A stretch of DNA of 64,000 bases, taken from the NCBI GenBank assembly GCA_905480125.1, contig CAJQPE010000076.1, forward strand, positions 3,306 through 67,305. The letters are read 5' to 3'. The translations under genes were made by a program, and so were the position numbers. The DNA comes from an uncultured Flavobacteriales bacterium (lineage in GTDB: Bacteria > Bacteroidota > Bacteroidia > Flavobacteriales_G > NORP312). The number at the start of each line of letters is the position of its first letter. The first letter of the stretch is position 1. This document shows positions 10,402 through 20,120 of the stretch, piece after piece. The notes under the pieces are model-generated. The model had not been told where the DNA came from. It did not search any database and was given only the letters and a program-made list of their open reading frames with translations.

Positions 10402-11454
10402 ATGAGCAAAACACTATTAATAACAGGAGGTGCTGGTTTTATAGGCTCACATGTCGTAAGGTTATTCGTAAATAAATATCCTGATTATAAGATAATCAAT
10501 TTAGATAAACTAACCTACGCTGGAAATTTGGAGAACTTAACAGACATAGAAGATAAAGACAATTACCGTTTTATTAAGGGCGATATTGTTAATTCAAGTT
10601 TTGTTGAAAATCTATTTCAAATTGAAAATATTGATGCTGTAATTCATTTAGCGGCTGAATCGCATGTTGATCGATCGATCTCAAACCCTATAGAGTTTGT
10701 CCAGACTAATGTCATTGGAACCGCGAATTTATTAAACTCAGCACGAAAGAGTTGGAAAGATTATTCAGAAAAGTGTTTTTACCACGTTTCAACCGATGAA
10801 GTATATGGTGCTCTTGGAGAAACAGGACTCTTTACTGAGGAAACTTCCTACGATCCCCACTCGCCTTATTCTGCTTCGAAGGCTAGCTCAGACCATTTTG
10901 TTCGGGCATACAACGATACATATGGACTACCAATAGTCATTTCAAATTGTTCTAATAACTACGGCCCGAACCAGTTTCCTGAGAAGCTATTACCACTGTT
11001 TTTTAACAACATCATTAACAATAAAGCACTACCAGTTTATGGTAATGGAAGTAATACTAGAGACTGGCTTTATGTTGTAGACCATGCAAAGGCAATAGAT
11101 GTTGTCTTTCACAAAGGAAAGGATGGTGAAACCTATAATATAGGTGGACACAATGAATGGAAAAACCTAGATCTAATCAAAATGATGTGTGCACTTATGG
11201 ATGAAAAGTTGAATAGAACAATAGGCACATCAGAGTCCCTGATAACATTCGTAACTGATCGTTCAGGTCATGATTTCAGATACGCTATAGATGCTTCAAA
11301 AATTGAGAAAGATTTGGGCTGGAAGCCGTCTTTACAATTTAAAGAAGGATTGTCAATTACATTAGACTGGTACATGGCTAATCAAAATTGGTTAGATAAC
11401 ATTACCAGTGGCGATTACAAAACATACTATCAACAGCAATATAGTAAGCGATAA
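10402..11454 (+). CDS. rfbB: dTDP-glucose 4,6-dehydratase
   Basis: TGGAGFIGS, DKLTYAGNL, HLAAESHVDRSI, STDEVYG, SPYSASKA, SNNYGPNQFPEK. Confidence 0.95.
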   Translation: MSKTLLITGGAGFIGSHVVRLFVNKYPDYKIINLDKLTYAGNLENLTDIEDKDNYRFIKGDIVNSSFVENLFQIENIDAVIHLAAESHVDRSISNPIEFVQTNVIGTANLLNSARKSWKDYSEKCFYHVSTDEVYGALGETGLFTEETSYDPHSPYSASKASSDHFVRAYNDTYGLPIVISNCSNNYGPNQFPEKLLPLFFNNIINNKALPVYGNGSNTRDWLYVVDHAKAIDVVFHKGKDGETYNIGGHNEWKNLDLIKMMCALMDEKLNRTIGTSESLITFVTDRSGHDFRYAIDASKIEKDLGWKPSLQFKEGLSITLDWYMANQNWLDNITSGDYKTYYQQQYSKR

Positions 11455-11493
11455 GATGAAATTTGCTTACTTTTGTTGCTTACTTTAAAAATT

Positions 11494-12882
11494 ATGCTAG
11501 TTAGACTGCAATATACCTTATCAATCGCATTATCACTGTGGTTTACTACAACGTTATGCCAAAATAAATCAACATCTGTACAGGATGATTGTATTACAGT
11601 ACAGGAAATAAAAATTCCGTTTGAAGGGAATCAATTTACTTTTACTGATGACGGATCTGAAAAATCAAATTATAATATTGTATACTATGCTGATATTGAT
11701 GAGTATACTTTTTGGTATAAACTCATAATTACAAGTAATTGTAGAATGAAATTTGCAGTCATGAGTGCTACTCCCGGTGACGATTACGACTTCATGCTGT
11801 ACAAATTTAACGCAAGCAATTTTTGTGAAGCACTAGTTGATAGTAGCCTTGTGCCACTAAACGATGCCGTCTACACATCAGATTACAATCAATCAGATTC
11901 TACTAAACAAGATTTATTTATGACGAGTCAAAATGAAATTGCCGTCAAAGCTGGAGAAATATATTATTTATCAATTATGAATCTTTACGGAGAAGATTGT
12001 GGTCATAGATTGCACATAGACGCATGTGACAAATCTATAGCAATTAATTCTGTTCATAAACCTTGCTTTTTGTTAAGCCAACCAAAAATTGCAGATCCAA
12101 TTGACGCAAAAGAAGATTCTAACAGGATTGATTCACCAGAAAAACTCGATGAAAATTATACAGATAGTACCATAGTAGATAATTATGTCACAATTAACGG
12201 CATGGTCTATGACAATGATAATGGTAATGCTATTAGTGCTAATATTACATTTACTGACGAAATTAATGGTGACGAATTTGTTACCCAAGCTAATGAAACT
12301 GAAGGGTATAAAATAGAACTTGAGAGAGGTAGACAATATCAAGTAAAATGTAAAGGATTTGGTTATTATGAAATAAAAGGAAATATTGAATTTTTAAAAC
12401 CATCAGTATACGATTATTATCTTCTTAAAATAAAGGAAGGTAAAACCTTCGTGATGGAACATATTCTATTTCATCCAAGTACTTATGCGCTTAAAGATAA
12501 TTCGTTTTCAGAATTAGATATTCTAGTACGCTACATGAAAAATAATCCGAAAATGAAAATTCAAATAGAAGGACATACTGCCGGTAATGCCCCTGTAACG
12601 GAACTAAATCCCGCATACAAGCACTTAGATGACCAATGGAATTTCACTGGAACTGCGAAAAAATTATCAAAATTAAGAGCGGAAACTGTTAAAAAATATC
12701 TTATTCAAAAAGGTATCAACTCATCTAGAGTTCTCTCCACTGGTTATGGTGCATCGCAAAAATTAATTACTAAACCGAAATCGAAAGATGAAAATGCACT
12801 AAACATGCGAGTAGAGGTGAAAATTATAAATAGTGGGGAGGCGAAAACTTATAGTATCGAGCCAAGATCACCTATAGATTAG
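11494..12882 (+). CDS. OmpA-like C-terminal domain protein with Cys-containing N-terminal beta domain and carboxypeptidase-regulatory-like domain
   Basis: Signal peptide from ATG 11494; -7 element TACTTTTG at 11468-11475. C-terminal I-E-G-H-T...LSxxRA..V..YL...GYG...NMRVEV. Confidence 0.8.
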   Translation: MLVRLQYTLSIALSLWFTTTLCQNKSTSVQDDCITVQEIKIPFEGNQFTFTDDGSEKSNYNIVYYADIDEYTFWYKLIITSNCRMKFAVMSATPGDDYDFMLYKFNASNFCEALVDSSLVPLNDAVYTSDYNQSDSTKQDLFMTSQNEIAVKAGEIYYLSIMNLYGEDCGHRLHIDACDKSIAINSVHKPCFLLSQPKIADPIDAKEDSNRIDSPEKLDENYTDSTIVDNYVTINGMVYDNDNGNAISANITFTDEINGDEFVTQANETEGYKIELERGRQYQVKCKGFGYYEIKGNIEFLKPSVYDYYLLKIKEGKTFVMEHILFHPSTYALKDNSFSELDILVRYMKNNPKMKIQIEGHTAGNAPVTELNPAYKHLDDQWNFTGTAKKLSKLRAETVKKYLIQKGINSSRVLSTGYGASQKLITKPKSKDENALNMRVEVKIINSGEAKTYSIEPRSPID

Positions 12883-12939
12883 GGATTTATAATAAAAAGA
12901 GGAATGGTTTTCTCATCCTCCTAAATCATATCCCAGTAT

Positions 12940-13788
12940 TTAGAAATGCCAAACGTCATGCTCTTGTAAAAAAAGCATTTCCTTAATCTTTTCAGCTTCT
13001 AAAAGAGCATCCAAGCCAGCCTTATATTCATTAATAAATCGGTCGTATACGTTGGACTCCTTTGTGATATAAGATCCAAATTGTCGAGACCATATTACAT
13101 CCTCTAATGTTCTTCTTTCAGAATCGTTCTGTCTATTATATACTTCTTGTTGGTTAAAAACATATCTCGCTTCTGGGTAATAAATCCAAAATAAAGCTTG
13201 CGGCCCCTGCGACTCACCAAAATCATTAAACTTTTCTTTCATTGGGCAGATTCCAATAATTCTAACATCCATCACAGATCTTTGACGATCAAAAAACCAT
13301 TCCTCTTTTATCTCATACCAAACAATCTCTGCAGATTCAACATCAACGTTCTGAACAACTAATTCAAGCTCTTCAGTAATTGGATCCTCAACATATTGCG
13401 AATCCACACTCGACAATATGCCTTTTACTTCCTCAACAGTCATAGGAGTTGTAAATTCATCATCTGTACCAATGGGCCCTGGACTATATGCAGTCATGGT
13501 CCCACTTTGTAATAAAGATTCTCTAATAACATCAAACATATTTTGTCTATCATTAATAGGTGTAGTAGGATAGTAAAGCGGATAGTTAATTTTTTCTCGG
13601 AGATCAATTCTTCGCCACACTCGGTGAAGCCACATTACATCTGCTTCACGAAGATGTGCATAAGGAATCACTCTGCGCTTAACCGTATGCTCTTTTTGAT
13701 AAACACCATCTAGAACATACTGCGCGTCAGAATTAGCCGAAAAAACAGTGATTAATATGCCTACTATAAGTAACTTAAGAATTTTCAT
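12940..13788 (-). CDS. gldN: Gliding motility / T9SS protein GldN (PorN)
   Basis: LREADVMW..RVWRRIDLREKINYPLYYP, KEEWFFDRQRS, LFWIYYPE; downstream of gldM. Confidence 0.95.
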   Translation of the reverse strand: MKILKLLIVGILITVFSANSDAQYVLDGVYQKEHTVKRRVIPYAHLREADVMWLHRVWRRIDLREKINYPLYYPTTPINDRQNMFDVIRESLLQSGTMTAYSPGPIGTDDEFTTPMTVEEVKGILSSVDSQYVEDPITEELELVVQNVDVESAEIVWYEIKEEWFFDRQRSVMDVRIIGICPMKEKFNDFGESQGPQALFWIYYPEARYVFNQQEVYNRQNDSERRTLEDVIWSRQFGSYITKESNVYDRFINEYKAGLDALLEAEKIKEMLFLQEHDVWHF

Positions 13789-13808
13789 AACTTAATGATT
13801 TAGTTAAA

Positions 13809-15491
13809 CTATATTACAGTAATTGCAATCGTACCGAGGTCACGAACAGTACCATCAGGCCCCTTCGCTTTAATCTTCTCCAAATATACTTTTTGACCTG
13901 GCTTTAAAGCTTTAAGAATAGCTTTCATATCCTTTGTAATCTTGTAGCCCTTTCCCTTTTGTTCCACAACTTTACCTTTAATTGTTGCAGACATAGTAAA
14001 TGAAACAACCATAAATTTTAAATCAAATTCAAAATTTTCCATCTTTGCAGCAACACCAGTAGCGGCAGTTAATTTAACTTTTTTAACCTTACCACCACTT
14101 ACACCAGCAAATTTAGGCTTTGGATCAGGTACATTTTTACATCTAAATGTTGCTTTACCAAAGTTCTTATTTACCCCATCGATAGTGGCAGAAACAGAAA
14201 CAACACATTCCTTTCCTTTCCCAGGTTTAACCTTAAATTTACCATTTGAACCAGACTGACCTACCTTATTAGAGATACTAACCTTCAATAGATCAGTGGG
14301 AACACCAGGCACAGAAACTTCAATCGGATTATCCAAGCCCCGATACATAACATTCATCGCAGTTGGTGAAACAACTAAAGCAGGTTTCGCAGCTGTGAAT
14401 GAATGCATAAAATCAAATGATTTATAAGTTCCGTCAGGTTTTTTAATCTTTATAACGCCACCCCAAGTAACATTTCCTTCAGAGGTAGGCACTAAGCTAA
14501 ATATCCCCATTCCGTCTCCAACAGAAATATTATCAGTCATAATTTCGCCCGCAACTTTTACAATCCCTCCAGTTGTATCTATCTCGGTTGATGCTTCCAA
14601 AACAGGCAACTGGGTTGTAGATAAGGCAGCAACTAGAACCTCTGCTTTAAAAGTATCTCCTAAGAATACATAATTAGTATTAGGAATAACCTTAACAGCT
14701 AACTTATCAAATTTAAAATCGTCAGCACTTACTTCCCCTAGTAATTCTTTAACAACATCTGCCTCTAAACTTCTAACATCTGCTTGCATTTTTGATAAAT
14801 TAGTTATTACTGCTGCAAGAGGCAAGTGATTAAACTGAGCAACTTCCCATTCTTCAAAAACATCTCCATGATCTTGACCCTTAAACTGAATTGCCTCTTC
14901 AATATCTTCTATAATAATCTTATTCTTTTCTGGATGCTCAATAAACAATTCAGTGAGTCGCTCTTTGTATTCTATTAGTTTACCCTTCAATTCCATTGAA
15001 GACCAAGGCCCCTCTTTAGGTGTAGTAGGCTCACCTCCAATCATAAGATTTGTTGGAATATCATAATTATCCAACTGTTCAACATGATGCAGGGTTAACA
15101 ACGAATCAGGATAACCTTGAGATGCTATTCCTTCCCAATCGATATCACTAGTAGTAACATCTATCTCAACCCATTTTTCAACGAACAAAATATTAATCTT
15201 CTTTAGGCTGTGTATATAATCAGATGCTTCATTAGCGTACTCCCTTACTAACTGCGCTTTATCCCAATAAGGACCTACTTTTTTCTCATCATTTAATTTT
15301 GCTTTGTCGAAAGCAGTATAAGTTCTCTCATTATTTTCAACAAAATGATGATTTGTCGTCTCAAGACCATTATCGATTAAAACAAATGCTTTTAGAATCG
15401 ACTTTGATACATTCATGGCCAATAATGCCATGAGCACCAAATACATCAATCCAACCATCTTCTGCCTTGGGGTTTCTTTTCCTCCGCCCAT
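13809..15491 (-). CDS. gldM: Gliding motility / T9SS motor protein GldM (PorM)
   Basis: MGGGKETPRQKMVGLMYLVLMALLAMNVS, MNVMYRGLDNPIEVSVPG. Confidence 0.96.
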   Translation of the reverse strand: MGGGKETPRQKMVGLMYLVLMALLAMNVSKSILKAFVLIDNGLETTNHHFVENNERTYTAFDKAKLNDEKKVGPYWDKAQLVREYANEASDYIHSLKKINILFVEKWVEIDVTTSDIDWEGIASQGYPDSLLTLHHVEQLDNYDIPTNLMIGGEPTTPKEGPWSSMELKGKLIEYKERLTELFIEHPEKNKIIIEDIEEAIQFKGQDHGDVFEEWEVAQFNHLPLAAVITNLSKMQADVRSLEADVVKELLGEVSADDFKFDKLAVKVIPNTNYVFLGDTFKAEVLVAALSTTQLPVLEASTEIDTTGGIVKVAGEIMTDNISVGDGMGIFSLVPTSEGNVTWGGVIKIKKPDGTYKSFDFMHSFTAAKPALVVSPTAMNVMYRGLDNPIEVSVPGVPTDLLKVSISNKVGQSGSNGKFKVKPGKGKECVVSVSATIDGVNKNFGKATFRCKNVPDPKPKFAGVSGGKVKKVKLTAATGVAAKMENFEFDLKFMVVSFTMSATIKGKVVEQKGKGYKITKDMKAILKALKPGQKVYLEKIKAKGPDGTVRDLGTIAITVI

Positions 15492-15529
15492 AATTAAATT
15501 TTTATAAGTTTTATGTAATTAATGGTGAG

Positions 15530-16375
15530 TTATTCTCCTCTATTTACGGACATCGCATTAAGCATATTTCCGTAGACAGTATTAAGTGAATTTAAGTTTT
15601 TCGATAGCTCTGCAATATTGTCTTTGTATGATTTAGTACTTTCAACTGAATCATTAAGATTTGAAACTAACTCTTCAATACCAGCATAGAAATTTCCAGA
15701 TGATTCGCTATTTGCCTCAGATGATTTAAGCTGCGCAGCATAAACATCATTTAATGAAGATAAATTACTTGTCAGTTTTTGAAATTGTTCACCTATTCCT
15801 GATGCAGATTCATTTGAATTAGATAAATTAGATAAAGAATCTGAAGCTTGTGAAGAGGTGTCAGATAATTTTGTGACACTCTGAGAAGCAGCTTTAAGAC
15901 TATCAGTATAATCGTTTGTTGCAACTGATGCATCTGTCATATCACCAAGTTGTTTCGTTTGATCTTTGAGACCCCTTAACCCATCTCCAAGGCTTGCAAT
16001 TAATTCAGGCTCTATTTTGGCTTCTTCAAGCATATTATCTAGCTGCTCAGTGATAGAACCATCATTAGCTTCAGAGCCTTCATCTATCGCATCATGAGTC
16101 TCTTCTTCAAAAGCGTGATCTGGATCTGGCACTTCTAATTCAGGGTAAGCTAAAGTCCAATCTAGTTCTGCATGAACAGGCTCAAAAGCTGATAAAATAA
16201 AAATTACAGCTTCAATTCCTAACCCACCAATCAATACTACTGATGCTCCTGGCCAGTGCTGAATTTTAAACATCGCTCCAACAATTACCAAAGCACCGCC
16301 CCAACCATAAACGAAGGCCATTACCTTCTTCCATTTCATGCTTCCTGGCTTAAATCCTGTAATTTCTTTACTCAT
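15530..16375 (-). CDS. gldL: Gliding motility / T9SS motor protein GldL (PorL)
   Basis: YGWGGALVIVGAMFKIQHWPG, IEAVIF..SAFEP, DWTLAYPEL, LNTVYGNMLNAM. Confidence 0.96.
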   Translation of the reverse strand: MSKEITGFKPGSMKWKKVMAFVYGWGGALVIVGAMFKIQHWPGASVVLIGGLGIEAVIFILSAFEPVHAELDWTLAYPELEVPDPDHAFEEETHDAIDEGSEANDGSITEQLDNMLEEAKIEPELIASLGDGLRGLKDQTKQLGDMTDASVATNDYTDSLKAASQSVTKLSDTSSQASDSLSNLSNSNESASGIGEQFQKLTSNLSSLNDVYAAQLKSSEANSESSGNFYAGIEELVSNLNDSVESTKSYKDNIAELSKNLNSLNTVYGNMLNAMSVNRGE

Positions 16376-16428
16376 CTTGTTTTAATTTTTAAATTTATTA
16401 TTTTTAATTTTCCCCGAATATATCTTAT

Positions 16429-17760
16429 TTATATGTCAGTATCACCTTCTGCCCTACCTAAGTAAGACATAACATTTCTAAAACCAATATATGCTTTAGC
16501 ACTATCTTTGTATTCAAAAGTTCTAACACCACACTGCATATAATATCCAATGTCTTTCCAAGAGCCTCCGCGTATAGCTTTACGTTTTAAAACTGGAGGA
16601 TCATCATTTGAAGCATGCCAATCTTCCCACCAATTTAAACCATAATCCATATTTAAATCATGGCCAAAATCGTAAGCAGATTCATCATAAGCATTACTAG
16701 TCCACTCTGAAACATTTCCTGCCATATTGTATAACCCCCATTCATTAGGAGAGTATGAAAATACATGAACAGTATGGAAACCTCCATCATCAACGTAGTT
16801 TCCTCTTAAAGGTTTAAAATTAGCTAAGAAACAACCTCTACTGTTTCTTGTGTAAGGACTACCCCATGGATAAGCTGCAATGTGCAAACCACCCCTTGAT
16901 GCATACTCCCACTCAGACTCTGTAGGCATTCTAAAATCTTGAACAAACGCTGATTGGTTTTGGCGTAAGTAACTATTATACAACTGTGTTCTCCAAATAC
17001 CAAATGCCCTTGATTGCTCCCAATCAACACCAACAACAGGATATTGATCATAAGCCGGATGCCAAAAATACATGTTTGTCATTGGCTCATTAAAAGAATA
17101 CGTAAAATCATGCACCCAACACAAGGTATCAGGATAAACATTAACTACATTTCTTTCAATAAACACAGAACGATCAGTTAATCCTCTTTGACGCAACGGA
17201 GCCCCTTGAGCTCCCTTTCTTGCAGCATCTTTTATATCTATCCAATAATATTCGAAATTTAATTTACGAGTGTCAACTTCCCTTCTCCTGTAAAATCTCT
17301 CGTGATCTGGAAGATAAATTTCGTCTTCCAATATTTCTCTAATCTCTGGATCCCACCAATCAATAGGTTCAAACCAGTTAATATTTGGCGGATCTATCTC
17401 CTCTCCGTATATATTTTCAGGTATTAAATGCTCATCGTATTCTTCTCCTAAAATTCTGTGCACAATCGAATCTTTAACCCAATACACAAACTGACGATAC
17501 TCATTATTAGAAATCTCAGTTTGATCCATATAAAAGGCCTGAATTGAGACTGTCTTAGCTTTAGATGTGTGAGCATAAGGAACGTCTTGATCATTAGGTC
17601 CCATAATAAAACTTCCCATTGGTATGGATAACATCCCAAAAGGTGTTGGCTGGTACCAAATTTGTCTATCTTGAACTCCAGTCAGCTGACCACCATCACC
17701 GTATTGGCATCCAGCAAGAACTGTTGATAATATCCCTATATATAAAAGTAACTTCTTCAT
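16429..17760 (-). CDS. gldK: Gliding motility / T9SS ring lipoprotein GldK (PorK)
   Basis: Lipobox LAGC; FGE-sulfatase-like domain (YFWHPAYDQYPVVGVDW, FRMPTESEWEYASRGG, GLYNMAGNVSEW). Confidence 0.95.
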   Translation of the reverse strand: MKKLLLYIGILSTVLAGCQYGDGGQLTGVQDRQIWYQPTPFGMLSIPMGSFIMGPNDQDVPYAHTSKAKTVSIQAFYMDQTEISNNEYRQFVYWVKDSIVHRILGEEYDEHLIPENIYGEEIDPPNINWFEPIDWWDPEIREILEDEIYLPDHERFYRRREVDTRKLNFEYYWIDIKDAARKGAQGAPLRQRGLTDRSVFIERNVVNVYPDTLCWVHDFTYSFNEPMTNMYFWHPAYDQYPVVGVDWEQSRAFGIWRTQLYNSYLRQNQSAFVQDFRMPTESEWEYASRGGLHIAAYPWGSPYTRNSRGCFLANFKPLRGNYVDDGGFHTVHVFSYSPNEWGLYNMAGNVSEWTSNAYDESAYDFGHDLNMDYGLNWWEDWHASNDDPPVLKRKAIRGGSWKDIGYYMQCGVRTFEYKDSAKAYIGFRNVMSYLGRAEGDTDI

Positions 17761-17855
17761 AGCTGTTCCTTTTTTTTCTCCTTAATTAAATAAGAGTAGA
17801 TTTCGATTTTTTTTCGTGTTAGGAAGGCTTTTAACGCTGGTTTGTTGATAAGGTT

Positions 17856-18797
17856 TCATTCTGCGTGCATAAATCTAGGATTTACATGCTTAGCGAGGTC
17901 TGCTGGGTTGTTTAAATTAAAGCAATACCCCAATAGGATCTCGTGTGAGCCACTGTTATAACTGCGTAATTGAGATGTGTTAATGTCATAAGCATACATT
18001 AGCCTAGCATTTCCAGGTCCCAGCGGCATTTTAATACCCCCCATTAACACAATCGCATCTTGATACCTATATGAAACGCCACCAACTATCATATTATTGA
18101 GTTCAGCTAATAAATTAATATCAATTTGCGCAGAGGCAGCATCAGATTTAACCCATACATTTGGTTTTAACACAAGGTTAGCACCAATTATCTTTTCATA
18201 ACCTGCGATTATATAATAGTGTCTTTTTACTTCGTAAACTACATCTAAATCTGCTTGATTCAAATGAGTGGAAGAAAAACCAACATATAACTGGTTTGGA
18301 ATCTTGTAAAATACACCTAAATCAAAATCACCTTTAACGGATGTTACTGCGGTCACAGGAATTGTAGGATCATTTGCCGGGTCGTCAATCGCTTCACCCG
18401 CGGAAAAAGCACCCAGCTTATAGCTAATTATGCCACCAGCAACTCCAATCCCAATAGTTCCAGGCCCTAATCCTTTTTGGTAAGCAACTGCCACTCTAGA
18501 GCCTAATGAAGTCGAACGACCTATCTGATCTTGGCTAACTGTTAAGCCTAATCCAATTGGAACACCAATTTGCGAAAGTGGCCCATGAACACTAAATTGG
18601 TACGTAGCAGGACGACCATCGAATTGAACCCACTGATTTCTACCTAAAAGGTTAGCGCATACTGCATTATTACTTCCTGCAGCCCCCGGATTAGTAGCCA
18701 CTCTGTTAAACGTATTTAATGACCACTGCGCATCTTGTTGCGCATATGCACCAGAGCTAAGCAATAAAATCGTAATTCCAAATAAAACTTTTTTCAT
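17856..18797 (-). CDS. porP: T9SS outer-membrane PorP/SprF family protein
   Basis: QQDAQWS..NPGAAG, RNQWV, YAYD, GSHEILLGY; canonical position upstream of gldK. Confidence 0.9.
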   Translation of the reverse strand: MKKVLFGITILLLSSGAYAQQDAQWSLNTFNRVATNPGAAGSNNAVCANLLGRNQWVQFDGRPATYQFSVHGPLSQIGVPIGLGLTVSQDQIGRSTSLGSRVAVAYQKGLGPGTIGIGVAGGIISYKLGAFSAGEAIDDPANDPTIPVTAVTSVKGDFDLGVFYKIPNQLYVGFSSTHLNQADLDVVYEVKRHYYIIAGYEKIIGANLVLKPNVWVKSDAASAQIDINLLAELNNMIVGGVSYRYQDAIVLMGGIKMPLGPGNARLMYAYDINTSQLRSYNSGSHEILLGYCFNLNNPADLAKHVNPRFMHAE

Positions 18798-18879
18798 AAT
18801 AAAATATAGTTTTCGACTATAACAAGTCGGCTAAAATACAGAAAAATAGCTGTATTAAAAATTATCTCCAACCGAATTG

Positions 18880-18887
18880 CAAATATA
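18880..18887 (-). promoter_or_regulatory. Sigma-A -7 element TATATTTG for porP-gldKLMN
   Basis: Exact TAnnTTTG(C) match about 80 nt upstream of porP. Confidence 0.55.
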
Positions 18888-18956
18888 CTATTGTAATTTT
18901 AACTAAAAAAAGACGAATTGACATAGTACAACGACTTTATTCGGCTTTTGTTACAG

Positions 18957-20117
18957 CTAAATAAGCTTCTGATATGTTTTCCACCAGCTATCGGGCATTT
19001 CATCCGCCAAGGCTTTTTCATATTGAGAATATGAACAAGGCACCAAATGGTGTCTTTCGAATTGAATTCTTTTATTTGGTGGGTACGGAATATCCATCCA
19101 CCAACGGTCACTTTTTTTGCTTTTGTAAAACAAAAGCTCATACTTATTATCTTCTAGCATCACTCGATACTTCAGATATTCATCACTATTACGAATAGGA
19201 AAATCATCTTTTCTTTGATAATATCCTTCTATAACGCACCATATCATCTGAGCTATGAGATGTGCTGTTTGGCCTCGATTATCAAAAGCTGGATTATAAT
19301 TATAAAACCCGATTGAACTTAATTTATCAGAAATTCCAGCATAACGAGCCATTTGGCAGGCTTCCTGAGCGTTGAAACCATTTGGAGATGTCTGTTTGCA
19401 ACCAGGGGCATCTGCCATTCGAATTGAAGATACATCGAAACTCAAAATATCCGCATTTCTGATAATTGGTTCTGACTCATGAACATTGCCCGATATTTCT
19501 CCCAAACGAAATGCATCAAAAAATAATTTTGACATTAGCTCTATTGATTCTTGATTAACAAAATAAGTTTGGTATCCCAAATTACTGAAGTTGAATAAAA
19601 AATTAGGTTGATGCAGAATTATTTTGCTTAAATAGGTCGTGTCACTAATCCCAGATTCAGAACTTCCTAGATCGAGTTGATTATCAATAGAGACTAGATT
19701 AACCGTCTGCTCCATTTTTTGATAGGCAGCATAGTTTGCAAATGTTAAATCTTGACTGCCTCCAATAATAATGGGTAGTATTTTTCTTTTTATTAATGTT
19801 TCAACTGTGCAAGTAAGAGCATAATAGGTGTCTTTAATTGTCTCTCCTGACTTTATATTTCCCAAATCAACAACTCTTGGAGAAAATCCTCCTACATTCA
19901 GTTTGTAAAGAAACCTGCGGACTTCATCAGGTCCTTCAGAACAACCTTCATTATCATTAGCTGCCCGTTCTTCTTCAACTCCAATTATGGCGATATCTAT
20001 ATCTTCTAAATCAGGAAAACTTGTCTCCAAAGCATGGATATCAAACGTTTTTTGAAACGAGTGTTTGTCAGATTCAAAACCAGCATCTACTGGTTTAAAA
20101 AAAATGGATAAATCCAT
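18957..20117 (-). CDS. Arginase / formimidoylglutamase-family protein with degenerate metal site
   Basis: Ureohydrolase-fold motifs DLGNI, GGSQDLT, SFDVSS, SPNGF; extra C-terminal domain. Confidence 0.8.
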   Translation of the reverse strand: MDLSIFFKPVDAGFESDKHSFQKTFDIHALETSFPDLEDIDIAIIGVEEERAANDNEGCSEGPDEVRRFLYKLNVGGFSPRVVDLGNIKSGETIKDTYYALTCTVETLIKRKILPIIIGGSQDLTFANYAAYQKMEQTVNLVSIDNQLDLGSSESGISDTTYLSKIILHQPNFLFNFSNLGYQTYFVNQESIELMSKLFFDAFRLGEISGNVHESEPIIRNADILSFDVSSIRMADAPGCKQTSPNGFNAQEACQMARYAGISDKLSSIGFYNYNPAFDNRGQTAHLIAQMIWCVIEGYYQRKDDFPIRNSDEYLKYRVMLEDNKYELLFYKSKKSDRWWMDIPYPPNKRIQFERHHLVPCSYSQYEKALADEMPDSWWKTYQKLI

Positions 20118-20120
20118 AAA

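Noticed and set aside
12894-12925. Possible bidirectional terminator between the OmpA-like gene and gldN
   Set aside because: The stem GAGGAATG/CATCCTC is short and bulged; support is too weak to call.
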